Below, piece after piece: positions 9,814 to 19,338 of a stretch of DNA of 64,000 bases. The stretch spans positions 1,760,001 to 1,824,000 of the forward strand of contig CAVTRC010000001.1 of assembly GCA_963737065.1 (NCBI GenBank), given 5' to 3'. Below the pieces are notes generated by a model that was not told the origin of the DNA, searched no databases, and saw nothing but the letters and a program-made list of their open reading frames with translations. The number at the start of each line of letters is the position of its first letter. Position 1 is the stretch's first letter. Origin of the DNA: Candidatus Eremiobacteria bacterium (lineage in GTDB: Bacteria > Vulcanimicrobiota > Vulcanimicrobiia > Vulcanimicrobiales > Vulcanimicrobiaceae). The position numbers and the translations under genes are program-made.

Positions 9814-10817
9814 CCGTGAATTTAATCGGCCTGGGCCGCGATGTCTACAAAGGTCTTCCCACGACACTATGCGCGGGGTGTGGCCATAATTCGATCACCA
9901 ATCACCTCATCAAGGCGCTCTTCGACTACGGCGTTCCGCCGCACAAGCTCGCCAAGATGAGCGGCATCGGCTGCTCGTCGAAGACGCCCGCGTATTTCGT
10001 CGAGCAGGCGCACGGATTCAACGGCGTGCACGGCCGCATGCCGTCTGCCGCGACGGGTGCAAAGCTTGCAAATCGCGAGCTGGTGGTGCTCGGTATCAGC
10101 GGCGACGGCGACACAGCGAGCATCGGCCTCGGTCAATTCGTGCACATGGTGCGCCGCAATCTCGACATCGTCTACCTCGTGGAGAATAATGGTGTCTACG
10201 GCTTGACGAAGGGCCAGTTTTCGGCAACCGCGGACGTCGGTTCGACGTTGAAAAACGGGACGCCGAACGAATACGCGACAATCGATATTTGCGGACTTGC
10301 AATCGAGCTCGGCGCAACGTTCGTCGCTCGTTCGTTCTCCGGCGACGGAAAGCAGTTGGTGCCGATGTTGCAAGCGGCGTTTTCCCATCGTGGTGCGTCG
10401 ATCATCGACATCATCAGTCCGTGCGTTACATTCAACGATCACACCGGTTCAACGAAGAGCTACGCATACGTGAAGGAACATGAGTTCGTCGCCAACACGC
10501 CCGACTTCATCCGCCCGCGCGAAGAAGTCGCGGTCGACTACGAACCCGGTACCGTTCAACACGTCACGCTTGAAGACGGCGCCCAAGTCGTCTTACGCAA
10601 AGTGGATCGAAACTACGACGCAACCGATCGCATCCGCGCGCTGAGCATCATTCACGAAACGCGCGCGCAAGGTGAGTTCGTCACCGGCCTCCTCTTCGTG
10701 GATCCCGATGTAGCGGATCTCTGCGAACGCGAGAAACTGACGAGCAAACCGCTCAAAGATCTGAACGAAGACGAGCTTCGTATCCCCCGCGAGGCGTGGA
10801 CGTCGCTATTTAATTAG
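9810..10817 (+). CDS. korB: 2-oxoacid:ferredoxin oxidoreductase beta subunit
   Basis: CAGCGH, SGIGCSS, HGR, and the TPP motif GDGD...ENNGVYGLTKGQ; ATGA overlap with korA. Confidence 0.93.
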   Translation: MTVNLIGLGRDVYKGLPTTLCAGCGHNSITNHLIKALFDYGVPPHKLAKMSGIGCSSKTPAYFVEQAHGFNGVHGRMPSAATGAKLANRELVVLGISGDGDTASIGLGQFVHMVRRNLDIVYLVENNGVYGLTKGQFSATADVGSTLKNGTPNEYATIDICGLAIELGATFVARSFSGDGKQLVPMLQAAFSHRGASIIDIISPCVTFNDHTGSTKSYAYVKEHEFVANTPDFIRPREEVAVDYEPGTVQHVTLEDGAQVVLRKVDRNYDATDRIRALSIIHETRAQGEFVTGLLFVDPDVADLCEREKLTSKPLKDLNEDELRIPREAWTSLFN

Positions 10818-11141
10818 GCGAACCGCGAGCGGGTAACGGAATGCGGCGCCCTGCGAAACCCGTACGGCGGCGATGATGCTCAGAACGATGCTCGCTGCCC
10901 AGACGATGAAAAACAGCACGAACCCGATCAGAATGACGGTCAGCGCCGACGCAATGATGTAGCCGATCAGCACGGTGATCTGAAAATTGAGCGCCTCTTT
11001 CGACTGATCGGAGAGCCACGGTTTGGTGTCTTTCGACGTGAGCCATACGATGAGCGGCACAACGATCGAGAAAAAGATGCCGCTGAGATGCGTCAAAATC
11101 GCGAGGGTTTTTTCGTCTTGCGTCGGCTGAGTGTCGAGCAC
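10806..11141 (-). CDS. DUF4870 membrane protein
   Basis: LAILTHLS...PLIVWL...KEALNFQIT...FRYP family pattern. Confidence 0.85.
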   Translation of the reverse strand: MLDTQPTQDEKTLAILTHLSGIFFSIVVPLIVWLTSKDTKPWLSDQSKEALNFQITVLIGYIIASALTVILIGFVLFFIVWAASIVLSIIAAVRVSQGAAFRYPLAVRLIK

Positions 11142-11246
11142 GTTGCCTCCAAGCTTGCTTAGCAGGACTGTTCGCTAGGGTACACTTCGCGATGGACGCT
11201 GTCTTGTTCCCGTTACGTCCAATATCCCGAAAGGAGCACGCATTTA

Positions 11247-11681
11247 ATGAAATTCATGCATTTTGCCGTGGTGGCCGTCGCCGCCGCAGTTCTCACCCAA
11301 CCCGCATTCGCGACGTCGAATTCGAAGCTCAACGCGCAAAACCAGAAGTCAAATATGGCACTGAACCTCAACATGGGCGCGCAAAACGGTTCGAAGCAAG
11401 ATGGTATGGCGAGCGTCAAAGACGTTTCCGGAGGCGTTTTGGTAAAAATCGCACTCAAGGATACACCGAAAGGCTCGAGCGAGCCGGCTCACATTCACCA
11501 AGGAACGTGCGCGAAACTCAATCCCGCCCCGTGGAAGCCGTTGAGCAACGTGGTTGGCGGCAAGTCAACGACGACGCTCCAAGGCGTCACCGTTGCCCAG
11601 CTGAAGAAAGCGCACTACGCGATCAACGTGCACAAGAGCGCGTCGGACCTCAAAACCTACGTGTCCTGCGGCGACCTCTAG
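11247..11681 (+). CDS. Secreted CHRD-like domain protein
   Basis: AAGGAG SD, signal peptide, PAHIHQGTC, AINVH, CGDL. Confidence 0.75.
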   Translation: MKFMHFAVVAVAAAVLTQPAFATSNSKLNAQNQKSNMALNLNMGAQNGSKQDGMASVKDVSGGVLVKIALKDTPKGSSEPAHIHQGTCAKLNPAPWKPLSNVVGGKSTTTLQGVTVAQLKKAHYAINVHKSASDLKTYVSCGDL

Positions 11682-11684
11682 CGC

Positions 11685-12674
11685 TTAGGCGCTTTGGCGG
11701 AAGTTGTTCGGCTTGTCTTTGAGCCGTTCGAACGCCGCGACGACGTTCGGATCGAACGCCGATCCGCTCAGTCCGACGATCTGAGCGACGGCGTTCGCCG
11801 ACGTAAATTCCGCCCGGTGCGGCCGTTCGGAGATGAGCGCGACATACGTATCGGCAACCGCGACGATCCGCGCGGCAAGCGGGATCATCGACCCCGCTAG
11901 ACCTTCGGGGTACCCTGTGCCGTCAAAGCGTTCGTGATGATACCGTGCGATCGTTTCGGCGCCGCGAAGCAGCGGACGGCGGCCGCCGCCGAGAATCGCC
12001 GCACCCGCATCGACGTGTCCGTTGACGACGCTGCGCCAGCGCAGCGGTAACGTCGAAGGCATCTCGCGCACTTTTTCAGGCACGGTCAGCATGCCGACGT
12101 CGTAGACGAGCGTCGCGACGTGCAGCGCTTCGATCTCTTCACTGGGCAGCTGCATCTCGTTCGCAATCGAGACCGCTAAATCGCGTACGTGCGTCGCGTG
12201 TGCGCCAAGATCTTTGCTGTAGGCCTGGAGCGCGCGATAGAGCCGGAGGATCGTGTCGCGCTCGTCGGTCGGCATAATTACTTCGCCGTACGTCACCCGG
12301 CTTGCCGGCGCGCCTGCGAAATGCCGAAGGTGCAAGGCGAAATCGGCGAGCGCCAACGGTTTTTCCAAGAACAGCGTCGCGCCGGCGTCGAGCGCGCGGG
12401 CGGACAACCCCTTCTCGCCGCTAGCGGTGAGCATGATGACCGGTGTAAAGCCATGGGCAGGCTTCGCCCGAAGCGCACGAATGAACGAGAGCCCATCCAT
12501 TTCAGGCATTTGGTAATCGACAACGATCAGTGACGGACGCAGGTCGTCCAACCGTTCGAGCGCTTGGAGAGGGTTCTGGAACACCACGGCATCCTCACCG
12601 AGGACGCGTTTAACGACCGCTCCATAGAGCTTCAAGTTGGGTTCGTCGTCATCGACCACAACGACGCGATTCAT
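11685..12674 (-). CDS. Response regulator with degenerate HD-GYP domain (YD-GYP)
   Basis: Receiver VVDD...VDYQMP...LTA...EKP; output domain LVYDVGM, HHERFDGTGYP, RIVAVADTY. Confidence 0.88.
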   Translation of the reverse strand: MNRVVVVDDDEPNLKLYGAVVKRVLGEDAVVFQNPLQALERLDDLRPSLIVVDYQMPEMDGLSFIRALRAKPAHGFTPVIMLTASGEKGLSARALDAGATLFLEKPLALADFALHLRHFAGAPASRVTYGEVIMPTDERDTILRLYRALQAYSKDLGAHATHVRDLAVSIANEMQLPSEEIEALHVATLVYDVGMLTVPEKVREMPSTLPLRWRSVVNGHVDAGAAILGGGRRPLLRGAETIARYHHERFDGTGYPEGLAGSMIPLAARIVAVADTYVALISERPHRAEFTSANAVAQIVGLSGSAFDPNVVAAFERLKDKPNNFRQSA

Positions 12675-12867
12675 ATGCTCCTAGTGTCTCCTGGCAAGCG
12701 TCCCGGCCGCCTTATCCGTCGGCCAACTCTTCGCTTCTGCCCTGTAAAACGACTGTCAAGCTAGCAAGCCGTTTTTCTCTTTTGTGCGTCGGTGTTGTAA
12801 TCCCGGGTTTCTAAAATTTTCGTAAACCGGACGTATGGGTATCTTAGCCCTCCGAAGGGAGAATTAC

Positions 12868-13311
12868 GTGACGAACGTTGATCAAATCAAGGACAAAGCA
12901 AAAGGCGTCATCACCGATCAAGTCGACCGCCGGACCACCGACCTCGGAAACGTCGTCGGCCAGCACGTCAACAATCTGCGAGAAATGGGAAGCTCGCTGC
13001 GCGATCAAGGCCAGGACGGAACCGCCGGCATCGTCGACATGGCTGCCGATCGACTGAACCGTCTTTCAACGTATCTCACGCAGACCGACGGCAATCGCAT
13101 CATTCACGACATTGAAACCGTTGCGCGAACGCAACCCGTGATCACTGCCGCCGCCGGTTTCGTGGTGGGTTTGGCTGGGGCACGGTTACTGAAAGCGGGC
13201 GCGATGAAGCGGTATCGGATGTACGGCAGCAATGCGACGCCGAGTGACGTGGACGGCACGTCGTACGGTGACACGACGTCGGACGCGGAGATCGATTATG
13301 GCATCCGGTGA
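12868..13311 (+). CDS. Hypothetical helical protein (DUF883/ElaB-like cluster member)
   Basis: GAAGGGAG SD then GTG at 12868; ARTQP followed by a GFVVGLAGARLLK anchor. Confidence 0.75.
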   Translation: MTNVDQIKDKAKGVITDQVDRRTTDLGNVVGQHVNNLREMGSSLRDQGQDGTAGIVDMAADRLNRLSTYLTQTDGNRIIHDIETVARTQPVITAAAGFVVGLAGARLLKAGAMKRYRMYGSNATPSDVDGTSYGDTTSDAEIDYGIR

Positions 13312-13726
13312 GCCGGAGCTACATGACGAGTCAATAGGAGAGCTCTTTAAGCGGTTCACGAGCGACATGGCGCTGCTGGTGCGTCAGGAGTTCGAACTTT
13401 TCCGCGTTGAGATGACCGAAAAAGGCAAACGCGTCGGCGCGCAGGTCGGTCAAAGCGCGGGAATGCTGAGCGCGGCGGCGATCTGTGGGCTTTTTGCGCT
13501 CGCGACGCTGACTACGACGGTGATCTTGCTGCTCGCGCTGGTGATGCCGGCCTGGGTAGCGGCGCTGATCGTTACCGTCGTGTACGGCATCGCGGCGGCC
13601 GTGATGGCAATCGCCGGGAAACGAAAAATCGATGAAGTGCAAGCGCCGGTGCCAACCCAAACAATTGAAACGGTGAAGGAGGATGTGGAATGGGCAAAGA
13701 CCCAGACGAGCTCCGTACGGAAATAG
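13298..13726 (+). CDS. Holin-X-like (Phage_holin_3_6/YqjE-like) membrane protein
   Basis: SIGELF...LVRQEFELFRVEM, two TM helices, PTQTIETVKED. Confidence 0.85.
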   Translation: MASGEPELHDESIGELFKRFTSDMALLVRQEFELFRVEMTEKGKRVGAQVGQSAGMLSAAAICGLFALATLTTTVILLLALVMPAWVAALIVTVVYGIAAAVMAIAGKRKIDEVQAPVPTQTIETVKEDVEWAKTQTSSVRK

Positions 13727-14175
13727 CGGAGACGCGCGAACGAATGGGCGACACGGCCGATGCGATCGCATACAAAGCGGACGTCCCAAATCGGATGCAG
13801 GACGCTGTCGGAGATAAAGTCGATCAAATGCGCTCGGCAATTACCGGAACGGTCGGACAGGCGGCCCGCGCGGTGTCGCGTGCAGGCGACGTGATGCCGG
13901 ATCCCGGCGACATTCAAGCGGGTGCGATGAATGCTGTCAGCGCCGTGCGGGAAAACCCGTTGGGTATGTTCTTCGGCATGGCGGCCGTTGGATTTCTCGT
14001 CGGATCGCTCGTGCCGATGACTCAGCTTGAGAACGAACAACTCGTTCCAATGGTCGACGACTTGAAAGAACGTGCGAAGAGCCAGGTTCAAGACACGATC
14101 GAGAGCGCGCGAGACGCGGCGGTATCCGCAATTTCGAACTCGATGAGTCAAACGAACAGCAATGCGTCATCCTGA
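13690..14175 (+). CDS. DUF3618 domain protein
   Basis: DPDELRTEIAETRERMGDTADAIAYK; RENP followed by a hydrophobic anchor. Confidence 0.85.
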   Translation: MGKDPDELRTEIAETRERMGDTADAIAYKADVPNRMQDAVGDKVDQMRSAITGTVGQAARAVSRAGDVMPDPGDIQAGAMNAVSAVRENPLGMFFGMAAVGFLVGSLVPMTQLENEQLVPMVDDLKERAKSQVQDTIESARDAAVSAISNSMSQTNSNASS

Positions 14176-14187
14176 GACACGGAAACG

Positions 14188-15378
14188 CTAACTTGCGATC
14201 GCGGCCTCGGCGTGCTGTGTGACGTCGAGGCCGATTCGTTCTTCCAGCTCGCTGACGCGGATCGGCATCAACGCATTGACGGCTTTGACGATGACGAAGG
14301 TGGCGATCGCCGTATAGAGCCAGACGGCGCCGACGGCGATGGTCTGCGCGATGAGCTGTCTTCCGATGTCGGCGTGCAGCGCGAACACACCGGTAAGTAG
14401 CGCACCTGCCGTTCCGCCGATGCCGTGCACCGGAAAGACGTCCAGTGCATCGTCAATCCGCATGCGTTCGCGGAAGTGGACGGCGGTGTAGCACACCGCC
14501 GCTGCTATTCCGCCGATAAGAATCGACGATGCCGGTGTGACGTATCCGGCCGCCGGCGTGATCGCGACGAGCCCGGCAATCGCACCGGCCGCTGCACCGA
14601 CAACCGTCGGATTTCCCACGCGCCACCACGCGAGCGTCATCCACACGAGCGCGCCCGTTGCGGCGGCAACGTTCGTGTTCATGAACGCGATGGCGGCGGT
14701 CCCGTTTGCCGCAAGCGCGCTCCCCGCATTGAATCCGAACCAGCCGAACCAGCAGAGCGCCGCGCCGAGCAGCATCATACGCCGGTCGTGCGGTTCGTGC
14801 GGCTCGTGTGTGAGGCGCGGTCCGAGCATCCACGCGCAGACGAGCGCGGCAACGCCCGATGAAATATGCACGACGGTGCCACCCGCAAAATCGAGCGTGC
14901 CGAGGTTTGCGAGCCAGCCGCCGTGCCCCCATACCCAATGCGCGATCGGATCGTACACGAACGTCGCCCACAGCAGCGTGAAGAGCATAAACGATGCGAA
15001 CCGTTTGCGTTCGGCGAATCCGCCGGTGATCAGCGCAGGCGTAATGACGGCGAACATCATTTGAAACAGAGCAAATGCTGCGTGCGGGACGGTCGGCGCA
15101 TACTCTGCATTCGGCGCCGCGCCGACGCCGTTCATACCAATCCACTCAAGCCCGCCGATGATATGATACCGGTCGGGACCGAACGCGAGGGTGTATCCCC
15201 ACAGCACCCACTGCACGCTGATGGCACACAGCGCAAAGATGCTGAACATCAGCGTCGAGAGCGCGTTTTTGCGCCGAACGAGCCCCGCATAAAAAAATCC
15301 GAGCGCGGGCGTCATCAGCATGACGAGCGCAGAACTCGCGAGTACCCACGCGGTATCGCCGCTATTGACGTGTCCCAT
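14188..15378 (-). CDS. amt: Ammonium transporter
   Basis: GDTAWVL, FQMMFAVIT, DFAGGTVVH, WFGWFGFNAGS, DDALDVFPVHG. Confidence 0.96.
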   Translation of the reverse strand: MGHVNSGDTAWVLASSALVMLMTPALGFFYAGLVRRKNALSTLMFSIFALCAISVQWVLWGYTLAFGPDRYHIIGGLEWIGMNGVGAAPNAEYAPTVPHAAFALFQMMFAVITPALITGGFAERKRFASFMLFTLLWATFVYDPIAHWVWGHGGWLANLGTLDFAGGTVVHISSGVAALVCAWMLGPRLTHEPHEPHDRRMMLLGAALCWFGWFGFNAGSALAANGTAAIAFMNTNVAAATGALVWMTLAWWRVGNPTVVGAAAGAIAGLVAITPAAGYVTPASSILIGGIAAAVCYTAVHFRERMRIDDALDVFPVHGIGGTAGALLTGVFALHADIGRQLIAQTIAVGAVWLYTAIATFVIVKAVNALMPIRVSELEERIGLDVTQHAEAAIAS

Positions 15379-15424
15379 GATGAAACGTTACACGATGCGC
15401 ACGACGCCGGCACTCGACTTCCGG

Positions 15425-16777
15425 TTAAGCCTCGGCCTTTCGCTCGTCACGTGTGTAGCGTCGCCGGCGCCACGCGAAGATCCAATAGACCGGGATGCCG
15501 GTAAGCAGTACCGCGATGCCGAGAAACGTGTTGGTCGGATTGTTCACGAGAACGTCGATGACGACGGACCACGCAACGACGAGGAACGCAATCGTCGACC
15601 ACGGATGAAGCGGCATACGGAAATACGGCTCCGGCGCACCCGCGCCGCGGTCGCGCGTTCGAAAGATGATCAGCGCGAGTGCGGCAAGCCCGAAGAAGAC
15701 GTAGTCGACGCTCGTCACCCAATTCAGAATCATGTCGTACTTTCCCCAAAGGGCGAGAAGAATCGCCGCGATCCCTTGCAGCCCGATTGCCAGCGTAGGG
15801 ACGTGCGTGCGCGCATTGATATTCGCGAGCGCTTTGAAGAACGTTCCGTCAGCCGCCATCTGGTAGTATACGCGCGGCGACGTTAGGATCTGATTCGTCA
15901 CGAATCCAAGCGTGGAAAGCGCCACGATGCCGGCCATGATCTGCGCGCCGACCGGCCCGAGTACGACGCGCACCACGTCTGACGCCGGCGTGTTGGTTGC
16001 GGCAAGCCGATTCTCGCCGAGCGCGACGATGCAGACGACGTTCATGGCGAGATAGAGCACGATCACGCCGATCACGCCGACCACCATCCCGCGCGGCAGC
16101 GTGCGATGCGGTTCGCGCATCTCGCCGCTCATAAAGCTCGACGTTTGCCAACCGCTGTACGCAAAAAGAACTGGAACGAGTGCAAGCCCCATCGCAACGA
16201 GCGGGTTGAAATCAGGCGGCACCGTAGCTGCGTGGACCGCGCCGGCACGGCCGGCCGCGAAGACGCCTACCGCGATAACGGCCAAAATCGTGACGATCTT
16301 CGCGACCATGAACGTATTTTGCGTCGAGGCGCCTTGCCGCACGCCCAGACAGTTCACGACGGTGAAGAGGCCTACGACGCAAACCGCGATTGTCGTCTGC
16401 ATCGTTGCCGTGAGGTGTAGCCCCGTCATCGCCGGCAGATAGAACGCAAACGTTACGGCGGATGCCGCCGCGCCGCCACTTTGTGAAACGAGCAACAGCG
16501 TCCATCCGTAGCAGAATGCAACGACCGGGTGATACGCGTCGCGCATGTACGCGTACACTCCCCCGTCTTCGGGACGCCGCGCGGCGAGTTCGGCGAAGAT
16601 CCCTGCGCCCACGATCGCAATGAGTCCGCCGGCGAGCCAGGCCGCCATGATCCACGGCGTGGTGTGCACGAACCGCGCAACGCGCGACGGATTGACGAAG
16701 ATGCCCGAACCTACGATGCCGCCCATGACGATGAGCGCCGCGTCTCGCGTACCGAGTTTACGCAGTAACTGCGGCAC
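15425..16777 (-). CDS. APC-family amino acid permease
   Basis: IVGSGIF, AELAARRP, GGVYAY, FAYSGW; GTG start overlapping the upstream paralog. Confidence 0.9.
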   Translation of the reverse strand: MPQLLRKLGTRDAALIVMGGIVGSGIFVNPSRVARFVHTTPWIMAAWLAGGLIAIVGAGIFAELAARRPEDGGVYAYMRDAYHPVVAFCYGWTLLLVSQSGGAAASAVTFAFYLPAMTGLHLTATMQTTIAVCVVGLFTVVNCLGVRQGASTQNTFMVAKIVTILAVIAVGVFAAGRAGAVHAATVPPDFNPLVAMGLALVPVLFAYSGWQTSSFMSGEMREPHRTLPRGMVVGVIGVIVLYLAMNVVCIVALGENRLAATNTPASDVVRVVLGPVGAQIMAGIVALSTLGFVTNQILTSPRVYYQMAADGTFFKALANINARTHVPTLAIGLQGIAAILLALWGKYDMILNWVTSVDYVFFGLAALALIIFRTRDRGAGAPEPYFRMPLHPWSTIAFLVVAWSVVIDVLVNNPTNTFLGIAVLLTGIPVYWIFAWRRRRYTRDERKAEA

Positions 16778-18098
16778 GGCGGCGATTCCAAACGATGTAG
16801 AACACGACTCCGGTGATAGTAACGAGTGCACCGAGCGACGTGTCGAGCGGATACTGAATGAAACTCGAAATAAAGATGAAGAGGATGACTACAATAAACA
16901 GCGCCGTCGTCCACGGATGGAGCGGCACGGTGAACGCGGGGCGCGGCTGGCCGGCATCGCGCTTGCGATAAATAAAGATTGCGAACGCGCACAGCAACGA
17001 GAAGAGCCAGATCCACGCGGCGATCCAGTTAAGGATCAGTTCGTACGATCCGGTCGCGGCATAGATTGCGGCGATCGTTCCGTGAAGTGCGATCGCAACG
17101 GCCGGAACGTTTGTCTTTGGACTGATCCAAGCGATCTGTTTGAAAAAGAGCCCGTCGTAAGCCATTTGGAAATACACGCGCGGCGCAAGCAGCACGGCGC
17201 TGCTCATAAAGCCGAGCGTCGACGTGGCAATCGCAACCGCGACGATGACCGAGCCGGGCGTACCGAAAACCGCGCGCATGACGTCGGCCGCCGGTGTTTT
17301 CGATATCGCGAGTGCCTCGGGCCCGAGGATCCTCAAGTATGCGAAGCTCGCGAAAAAATAGATGACGACGATCGCAACGATTCCGAGGATCAACCCGCGA
17401 GGAATCGTGACGGCCGGATCTTTCGTTTCAGCCGTCATGAACGCGGTCGACTGAAAGTTGTTATATGAGAAAAGAACCGGCAACATGGCGACGCCGATCG
17501 CCGCCGCGACGGCGGCCGGCGAACCGAACGCCGAAAGCTGCGGCCCGCGTGAGGCAAGCGGATGCGCGAGAACGATGCCCGTTACGATCACCGCTCCAAT
17601 TCCAAGCACCTTGAGCGAAACCAGGATATTTTGCCACGTACTTCCCTGCCGCACACCGAGCAAATTGATCAGCGTAACGGCCGCGATGGCGAGGACGGCG
17701 ACGATGCGCGGTTCAATGTGCGACCCGGTGAGCGGCAGAACGTAGTCGGCAAACAACACCGCTGAGAGCGCGGTGCTGCCGACGTACGAAAGCAGCAACA
17801 ACTGCCACGGCAAAAGAAATGCAACGAGCGGATTGAACGCATCTCGCAAATATGCGTACGCGCCGCCGTCCAGCGGCCGGCGCGCGGCGAGTTCGGCGTA
17901 GATGCAGCCGCCGATCAAGGCAATCACGCCACCGATTAGCCAGCACGACATGATCAATACGCTCGAATGCGCGCGCGCGGCGACGACGGCCGGCGTTCGG
18001 AAGATGCCTGAGCCGATGACCGCGCCGATCGTGATGAGGGTGAGATCGGCGACACCTAATCGCCGTTGCAGCCGCGCGGGCGGGCTTGCGCTCAACAT
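16758..18098 (-). CDS. APC-family amino acid permease (tandem paralog)
   Basis: AAGGAG SD; VIGSGIF, AELAARRP, GGAYAY, AETKDP. Confidence 0.9.
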   Translation of the reverse strand: MLSASPPARLQRRLGVADLTLITIGAVIGSGIFRTPAVVAARAHSSVLIMSCWLIGGVIALIGGCIYAELAARRPLDGGAYAYLRDAFNPLVAFLLPWQLLLLSYVGSTALSAVLFADYVLPLTGSHIEPRIVAVLAIAAVTLINLLGVRQGSTWQNILVSLKVLGIGAVIVTGIVLAHPLASRGPQLSAFGSPAAVAAAIGVAMLPVLFSYNNFQSTAFMTAETKDPAVTIPRGLILGIVAIVVIYFFASFAYLRILGPEALAISKTPAADVMRAVFGTPGSVIVAVAIATSTLGFMSSAVLLAPRVYFQMAYDGLFFKQIAWISPKTNVPAVAIALHGTIAAIYAATGSYELILNWIAAWIWLFSLLCAFAIFIYRKRDAGQPRPAFTVPLHPWTTALFIVVILFIFISSFIQYPLDTSLGALVTITGVVFYIVWNRRRAAVTA

Positions 18099-18107
18099 GC
18101 CGCTCCT

Positions 18108-18857
18108 TTAGGAGAAGATCCGTTCCGCAAAGTCAGCGATGATATCCGAAAACTCCTTGACCTTACGCAACGGTGCGGTGTGATCGCTGTGGCGAATGAT
18201 GCGCAGGCGCGCCTGCGGCAGCAGCGACAGGAAGCGCTTTTCGTCGGAACGGAAGAGCACGTCGTACTCGCCTTGAACGAAAAGCACCGGCTTTCGATAC
18301 GCCGCAAGTCTCTCGCTGAACCGCTTATTGCCGCGCGCGATCGCTGCGGTCCGGCGGAAGACGTCGTGGTTGAACGGAATCTGCTCGGCGACCTGCGCGA
18401 CCGATTTCGGCAGCGTGATGCGCAGCGATATGCGAAAAAATGCCTCCAGCCACCGGCGCGGAACCACTTCGCTGAGCCGCACGCTCATCTCGTACGGAAA
18501 ACGGCGCCAGCCTTCGTAATCCATCGCGCAGCCGGCGAGGACTAGGCCCGCGGTATCATCGGGGTTGTGCGCGCCGTATTCCATTGCGACGTATCCGCCG
18601 AGGGAATAACCGACGATGAGAGGCGGCGATACGCAGATGTTCTCGACGGCGTTTGAAATGGCGTCGCGAAGAGTGCGTTCGGAAAAATCGACGTGTGCCT
18701 GCGCGCCGTGTCCCGGAAGATCGATCGTCACGACGTGATATCGCCGAGCCAGAATGCGCGCGTGCGGTGCCCAAATTTCACGGCCCAAGCGAATGCCGTG
18801 AAGAAAAAGGATCGCCGGGTTACGGCGGTCGCCGTACTCAGTGATCGCCCGCGACAA
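18108..18857 (-). CDS. Alpha/beta fold hydrolase
   Basis: FLHG, DLPGHG, GYSLG nucleophile, GEYD, DH. Confidence 0.88.
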   Translation of the reverse strand: MSRAITEYGDRRNPAILFLHGIRLGREIWAPHARILARRYHVVTIDLPGHGAQAHVDFSERTLRDAISNAVENICVSPPLIVGYSLGGYVAMEYGAHNPDDTAGLVLAGCAMDYEGWRRFPYEMSVRLSEVVPRRWLEAFFRISLRITLPKSVAQVAEQIPFNHDVFRRTAAIARGNKRFSERLAAYRKPVLFVQGEYDVLFRSDEKRFLSLLPQARLRIIRHSDHTAPLRKVKEFSDIIADFAERIFS

Positions 18858-18921
18858 GCAGCACGTTGCGCGCGCCGTGGACGCCGTGATAAACAGTCGC
18901 CTTCATGGGAACCTTTCTATC

Positions 18922-19338
18922 ATGAACACGTACGTACAATCCGCGCTTCTTGGCGCCACGACCGGCATTCGCTCCACTTCGGGTCCATTCGCAGCGCGTT
19001 GGGGAGAATCCAAGCGTCTTCCCATCGGTTCTGCGGTAGCACTCGGCGGCGAAATGGTTGCCGATAAACTCCCGTTCGTGCCGAGCCGTGCAACGCCGGC
19101 CGGGCTCGTGCCGCGCGTCGGAAGTGCGATTTACGCGGTACGCGCGGGCGTCCGTGAGCCGAATCCGTTAGCATACGCGATTGCGACCGCTGCAGCGATC
19201 GGAACGGCATTTGGCGCGGCGAAACTTCGAAGATTCTTTAAAGCGCATACGAATGTTCCCGACTTTGCCGTCGGCCTCGCGGAGGACGCGCTTGTCGCCG
19301 GGCTGTTGTTTGCATCGCTGCGCGGCGCGGCCCGTTAG
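18922..19338 (+). CDS. Small membrane protein (DUF4126-like)
   Basis: GATTGIRS, GEMVADKLP, GLAED. Confidence 0.7.
   Translation: MNTYVQSALLGATTGIRSTSGPFAARWGESKRLPIGSAVALGGEMVADKLPFVPSRATPAGLVPRVGSAIYAVRAGVREPNPLAYAIATAAAIGTAFGAAKLRRFFKAHTNVPDFAVGLAEDALVAGLLFASLRGAAR

Noticed and set aside
12868..14175. Prophage lysis cassette suggested by the holin-like gene
   Set aside because: No endolysin, integrase or structural genes; this family usually occurs in chromosomal DUF3618 clusters.
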